A stretch of DNA of 64,000 bases from Pelomyxa schiedti. Lineage: Eukaryota > Protista > Evosea. The stretch lies in NCBI GenBank assembly GCA_020536535.1, contig JAHLWZ010000636.1, forward strand, positions 135,427 to 199,426, written 5' to 3'. A program made the position numbers and the translations under genes. Numbering within the stretch: position 1 is the stretch's first letter; each line of letters opens with the position of its first letter. Positions 58,590 through 64,000 of the stretch are shown here, piece by piece. The notes under the pieces were generated by a model, which was given only the letters and a program-made list of their open reading frames with translations, was not told the origin of the DNA and did no database searches.

Positions 58590-61382
58590 ATGTCGGTTGA
58601 ACGGGTGACCGTGGACGGCCAGCCGGATCTCACGGTCGTTGTTAGCAATACACAGGAGCAACAAACAGAACATAGTACAAATCAAACCAACGTTCCGGAG
58701 GCAGCACCGGACCCACATCCACCAACTATCGAGCCGGTTTCAGATCCAGCAACCCCCGCTAGCGCTGCATCGAACGCGATAAATTGTGTCACACACGAGA
58801 CGGCATCAGCCTCGTGCACTGGCCACACTGTGCGGTCTTGGCCTCCGCGGCGTTTGGCCGATGAAGTACTGGAAAGAGTGGTCTCTGCAATTGACGAAAA
58901 GGCCTGGTTTGCTGATGTAACTTTCCTCTCTTGCATCAACAGATGGCACCTTTCAGAGGTATGTCTGATGGCTTGTTATTAGCATCATTGCCGAGGCTTA
59001 CATTTAGAATGCATGTTAGGAGATCCAACAGACTAGAGAATGGCTTGTTGGGGAACTTGTCTCTATAGAGGGCGCTGTTGTAAAAACACAAACAATCCCT
59101 CTGGAACTGAATCTACCGTTTCACGGCCGCCACACAGCATATAGCCCTGACTCTTCTGGTGGAATTAACATAATAGCCACCCTTCCTGGAGAAGTAGAGG
59201 CACCATACATCGTTATCGGGGCTCATTATGACTCGATGTCGGAGATTCCAAGTGAACGTGCGCCAGGCGCCGTCGACAATGCATCTGGAGTAGCTGGTGT
59301 TATTCAGCTTGCCAGAATCTTTTCTCAGTAATATTTCCCGTTTTGTTGCTTAGTTCCTTATGTACATTAACTAGATTCAAGCGCCACTATACAATGGAGT
59401 TTGTTCTTTTTGATGCAGAAGAATTTGGTTTGATCGGGAGCAAATATCGCACTTCCTTGTTAACCCCAAGTGATGTACTTTTTATGATCAACCTCGGTAC
59501 ACCATATTGAACAAGCAACGTGAAAAAGATTAACTATGCCAAGATATGATTGCTTGGCGTGATGCCACACCCATGCTTCTTTTTCAAACCCAGTCAGAGG
59601 CACTTGGTAGACTTTGTTGTGATACTGCTTCTAAGTTGGAAGCTAAACAAATTCCTATCGTTGAAACTAACGCTTGGGGATCAGGTTTGCCTTGATTATC
59701 AACTATCTCTCACTAAGTCATTTTTCTTTTTGGCTGTTTGTGGGTAAGACCATGTGCCATGTGAGTAGCTACCACCCCAATGTGTTTGAAATAACTCGGT
59801 CCGTTTGTTCAACAAGATATTAGGCAGGGTATTCCTGCCGTCATGGTCTCCTTTGAGGATGGCTTATCATACCCATTCCATCACAGAACCCAGGATCTTC
59901 CAGAAAACATTGAACCATCAATAGCCAAAGAAATTCTCAGTATCGTTGCCTGCATTCTTGCGCTCGTTGGAGTACATAATGTGGATATGGAAATCCCTAT
60001 TGATCTTCAGGGATTCTCACAACTTCTTGTGAAAGAGTAAGCTGATCTTAACAGGGCGTTTTAATGTATTCCCAGTGAGAACCATGTACAACTAGAGAAC
60101 AGTTCATGTTCTTTACCGAGTGACGTGCCTTCCCCAGAAGTGCAGCACACTGACCCCTCTCCTCAGCCACCTACATCCCAAGTTACTAATAACATCGTGA
60201 ATCATGTTACCTGCGAAAAAATTCCAGTTCCTCAGCTCTGTGACGAATCTCTCAACCGTCTAGTATCCTCACTAGATGAACGTTCGTGGCTCTCGGATAT
60301 TTCGCACCTAACATCAGTGAATAGATATGCTTTGAGTCAGGTTTTTGAACTGTTTCTGTTGTTGTTAACATATCTTTCAAGGAAATGGGAGAACTGCGCA
60401 ACTGGCTTTTGGATAAGTTAAAGTCTATCGACGGTCTCGTAGTTACAACAGAGCCTGTACCTTTGAAAGATGGATTCTCTGGCCTAAATTTAGCTGGCAC
60501 CGTCCCTGGATCTGTACCAACACGTATTGTGGTGGGAGCACACTATGATTCTACCTCAGAAAACAAGCACCACCGGGCACCCGGCGCAGCTGATAACGCT
60601 TCAGGAGCAGCAGCTGTTCTACAACTAGCCCAGATTTTTGCCAGGTAACATATTCTTGTATTTACACACAAGCCTGTTTAAATTATGGCAGGACCCACCC
60701 TGTATATACTATGGAGTTTGTACTTTTCGACGGAGAAGAAATTGGCACTTGCGGAAGTAGGAAGAGAGTTACAGGGCTTCAAACTACTGACGTATTATTT
60801 ATGATTAACATTGGTACAAGTTCCACCATAAAGTCAATAGACCTACTTATTTTAGATATGATTGGTGTCAACGAGGCCCATCCAGTATTTGTAACTGAGA
60901 CATCGCCTGCATTCGAATTTCTGGCAAACATGTTTTGTGCAATATCCCGAAAACTGAAACCAACAGCCCTGATCAAGGTTGAGACATTCGCTTGGGGATC
61001 AGGTTTGAGAACAAGAAAACCACCTTCCAATGCATTAATCTCCACACAGATCACATGCCATGTGTGGCTCCACTATTTTCTTGTTTGTCCTCTTAAAAAT
61101 AGGAATAGATATTGGCAAAGATATTCCAGCCGTTTTGATAACGTTTAATGACTCCACATCATACGAACACTACCATACGACCCGCGACACCATAGAGCAC
61201 CTCAATCCGGGTAAGACCAACAGGGCATTTTGTGCATCACCCTAACGAACAATGTTGCAGGAATTGCACTTGACTACATGAGAGTGATAGCATGTGGTGT
61301 TGGTCTTGTCGGATTGTACCAGTTGGACATTTACACATCACTAGACGAACAAGGATTCACCCAACTCCTCCAGAGTCCGTGA
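58590..61382 (+). CDS. Protein with two tandem M28 (aminopeptidase-family) metallopeptidase domains
   Basis: Each half has GAHYDS, APGAxDNASG, FDxEE, NxDMI, WGSDHxPY and HxTxD. An intron at 60037-60102 (gtaagc..aacag) removes the apparent stop and joins the halves in frame. Confidence 0.85.
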
Positions 61383-61827
61383 GATAAAATGTCAAAGAGT
61401 TTTTGGTGCTCTTCAACAGCCTAAAACTGGGAGAAAATAATCAAACAACAAACTTCCTCTAAATGTGTGTTCCCCACAGGTTTTACTTCAACAAAAAACA
61501 AAAAAAAAATCGATTCAGAATCTTGAACAACAGGATGGACCTTTATTTTCAAGGTCAACATCTGTTTCTTTTCCCTCACATTCTCGTTTCATGGGTCCAG
61601 TTCAGTCACAGGGTGCATCAACTGGTTCACAACATTGTACTCACAATCATCCATAATCTCTCTACTGAAACATCTCTGTGAAAATGTACTCAATGACGCA
61701 ACAGCGCAGCCACCTGTGTGGTCTTGTTAGTTTGATAGTTTGTCCTGGTATATCAGCAACACCCCAAATAAAAAAAAACCCAAGTCAATGAAGCAAAGAA
61801 GAAACCTATCCATGTGGCAAAAGCCCG

Positions 61828-61927
61828 NNNNNNNNNNNNNNNNNNNNNNNNNNNNNNNNNNNNNNNNNNNNNNNNNNNNNNNNNNNNNNNNNNNNNNNNN
61901 NNNNNNNNNNNNNNNNNNNNNNNNNNN
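61828..61927. other. Assembly gap (100 N)
   Basis: Run of exactly 100 N, typical of a placeholder scaffold gap. Confidence 0.99.
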
Positions 61928-62586
61928 GTCTTCTTTGGCAGAGGCGGCGACTGGTACCCGAAACTACTGTCCTGTTCCATATTCGTCCATGATCGCACAG
62001 CACAAGAATCAGCCGAGAGGCTATACGGCACATCAACTCTTGGCATACCCTTTGGAATCGCGGCAGGAGCAGTGGCAGTACAAGCAGAAATATAACAAGC
62101 CGAAGCCTTTGGCTTACTCGACGTCACGCCGAGTGGCATGGAAACACTAGAAGGAAGTGCCTGAGAATACGACGGTTGCGTTTCGGCGTATTTTCTTTTC
62201 TCGTGGTGGTTGTAGCTGCGCAAGTCGGAGCACCGCGTGGCCGTGACCGACGCTCCTTGTAGTATCTGAGGCAGTTCCGCATACGACGGTTCCGCAGCGG
62301 TGGTAGTCGTCGCCGATGTTTTCGGTGTGGTGCCATGGAGGCTCACGTCGCGGAGGTTGTTTACACTGTTTGCATTGTTTACATTTGCATTGCTTGCACG
62401 GTGTGTGCGGGGCCGTGTCTCGCGCGGGTATTGGCTTCGGCCTCCGTGTGTTGTTTCTGGTGTGTTGTTGCCGTTTTCGGGAGCGAGAAAAATAGAACTT
62501 GTGGGCTGGGTGGTGCAGCTCCCTAGGACGGTAGTATGGGAAGAGGGGCCCGGCTGCCGTACGGGAAGTGTGTTCGGTTGGCGCAT
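61928..62586 (-). CDS. Gene X' (paralog of X with an open 5' exon), truncated by the gap
   Basis: Open frame from ATG 62586 (MRQPNTLPVRQPGP..) to the gap. Confidence 0.6.
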
Positions 62587-63022
62587 TTAGACTCGAGTTG
62601 TGGTTTTCTGTCTTTTTTTTTTTTATTGTGACAGTGGATTATTCTCGGGCTTATCAAGCTCACTCGGGTTTATCAAAGCGATCGTTGATAAACTGACTTT
62701 CCGCTAAGGGCTGTTTGCGGAAGATGAGGTCATCTTCTTCAGAAAAGCCCAAAATACACAGGCAGAAAACTCAACAGCCGGTTCCTGCTTTTTTTCTTTT
62801 TTGTTGTTCAGCAACCATGGCTTGGGTATTCCTCGGTCGGGCTCCACTATATGTCTGGGATGGTCATTGGCTTGCAACAGCATTGTGTTGGCAACCATCG
62901 CACAATGGGAATGGGTGGAGGCCACAACGCACTAAAGACGGAGAAAAGGAAAAATTGCACCAAAATAACAAAGGCGGGAAGGTTTTTGTTTTTTTTATTT
63001 CAGAATCTTGCTTCCTTGACGA

Positions 63023-64000
63023 TCAAGGAATGGAGATAGGATTCAGCTGATAGTTTGGGAGCAAAGATGTCAAATGGTTGTAGTGGCATACGAAAAATTG
63101 CAATTGAGTGCTCAGCGTTTCAATGAGTGATTTGGGGATTTCGATGAGCTGCAACAGTGTGGCTTTGTCGAGTGGCAGACGACAGAGTACTTCTAATCCT
63201 TTAACAAGTACGTCTATGTTTGCGCGGTGCTGATAAAGAGTGCCTACAATGGCTTGGACCAAAGCACCAGTGAGGTCATGTCCATTGCTGTATTTAAATT
63301 GGCAGATCTCTGTGTTTTCGATAATACACAAAAGAGTAGAAAGGCAGGCCGAACTTGTAGCGGGATCATCGCCTCTGGTATGGTGAGGAATATGTTACTC
63401 AGTTGTCACGAGATTTTTAATCCGAACCTTGTTTGTATCGCCGTGGTAATAATGTGGACCAAGTCGTGACATTGAACCAAGTCGTCTTGCACTTTAGGGT
63501 CCCGGGAACGGATGTTGTTCAGTATACGCTATGACAATTAGCGGAAGAGAAAATTTGGTGCAATCTCAACAATACCACGATTTGATTCTCTGGTTCAGGT
63601 CGCGGAATTGGTGTAGGAATACGACCGGATCGTGTTACTGCGTCGTGGAGTTTGTCGGCCAGGGAGCAATATTTCTTTTTTTTTTCCAGGGTTAGAAGGA
63701 GCATCAGATCAGGATTCAGATACCCCGTTAGAAATGCATCTGGCCCTTTGGCTTAATTCGAGACTTGGCAGTGAATTATATTTATCCGCGAGTGATAATG
63801 GCGGCAATTTCACTGGTCCGCGCTGTGGTGATTGATGCACAGGTTCCCGGTTTTGTGGATACACCTCCGCAGCCTGATGCTGCTTTCCAAAGAGTAATAT
63901 TAAGGAGCTGAAGGGAAAAAAAGAGCGAGAGAGAATAGGCATGGTATTATCACGCATAATAATAAATAATAAACTTGAAGGAGTACCAAAGGTGCTACCT
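63023..64000 (-). CDS. Gene Y' (copy of Y), 5'-partial at the window edge
   Basis: Near-identical to 55427-56404. It has a 9-nt in-frame deletion (LPLDKA vs LPLNETDKA) and a 7-nt insertion that falls inside a predicted intron. Confidence 0.65.

Larger units (their letters stand above)
61928..64000. repeat. Segmental duplication, copy 2 (lacks element C)
   Basis: Matches 53195-53963 plus 55163-56404. Confidence 0.92.

Noticed and set aside
61500-61827. Possible 3' end of a minus-strand gene (..AFATWIGFFFASLTW.., ..GPSCCSRF*)
   Set aside because: No consistent spliced frame could be built, and the region is truncated by the gap.
61740-62586. ORFs spanning the N run (e.g. the 277-aa ORF)
   Set aside because: Artefact of translating across an unsized gap; the left flank does not match the continuation of paralog X.

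Overview
Gene-dense eukaryotic DNA with many short (mostly about 30-80 nt) GT-AG introns, very short intergenic gaps and low-complexity Ser/Thr/Pro tracts. The style suggests an amoebozoan protist, possibly an archamoeba such as Pelomyxa (inference only). About 25 genes or gene fragments were reconstructed by manually joining exons, so boundaries are approximate. They include CapZ-alpha, METTL6-like, METTL3, NOMO, Med11-like, an RBR ligase, UBL-SPRY, an SH3 protein, WD40-MORN-VPS9, a double M28 peptidase and a Rab32-family GTPase that the ORF track misses entirely. Highlights: (1) a nested non-autonomous transposon system at 24.1-26.6 kb, whose inner TG...CA element recurs at 54.0-55.2 kb, with both 5-bp TSDs confirmed by empty paralogous sites inside this window; (2) a RING/B-box/coiled-coil protein fused through a duplicated unknown domain to a Rab7-like GTPase, facing a truncated Rab remnant across the transposon nest; (3) three likely pseudo-enzymes: an Rnd-like Rho GTPase (WDTSGS), a RhoGAP lacking its arginine finger, and a SNF2/CHD-like protein with degenerate Walker A/B; (4) an intronless, bacterial-looking secreted glycoside hydrolase; (5) a segmental duplication of an orphan gene pair next to a 100-N gap. 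No rRNA, tRNA or CRISPR array was recognised.
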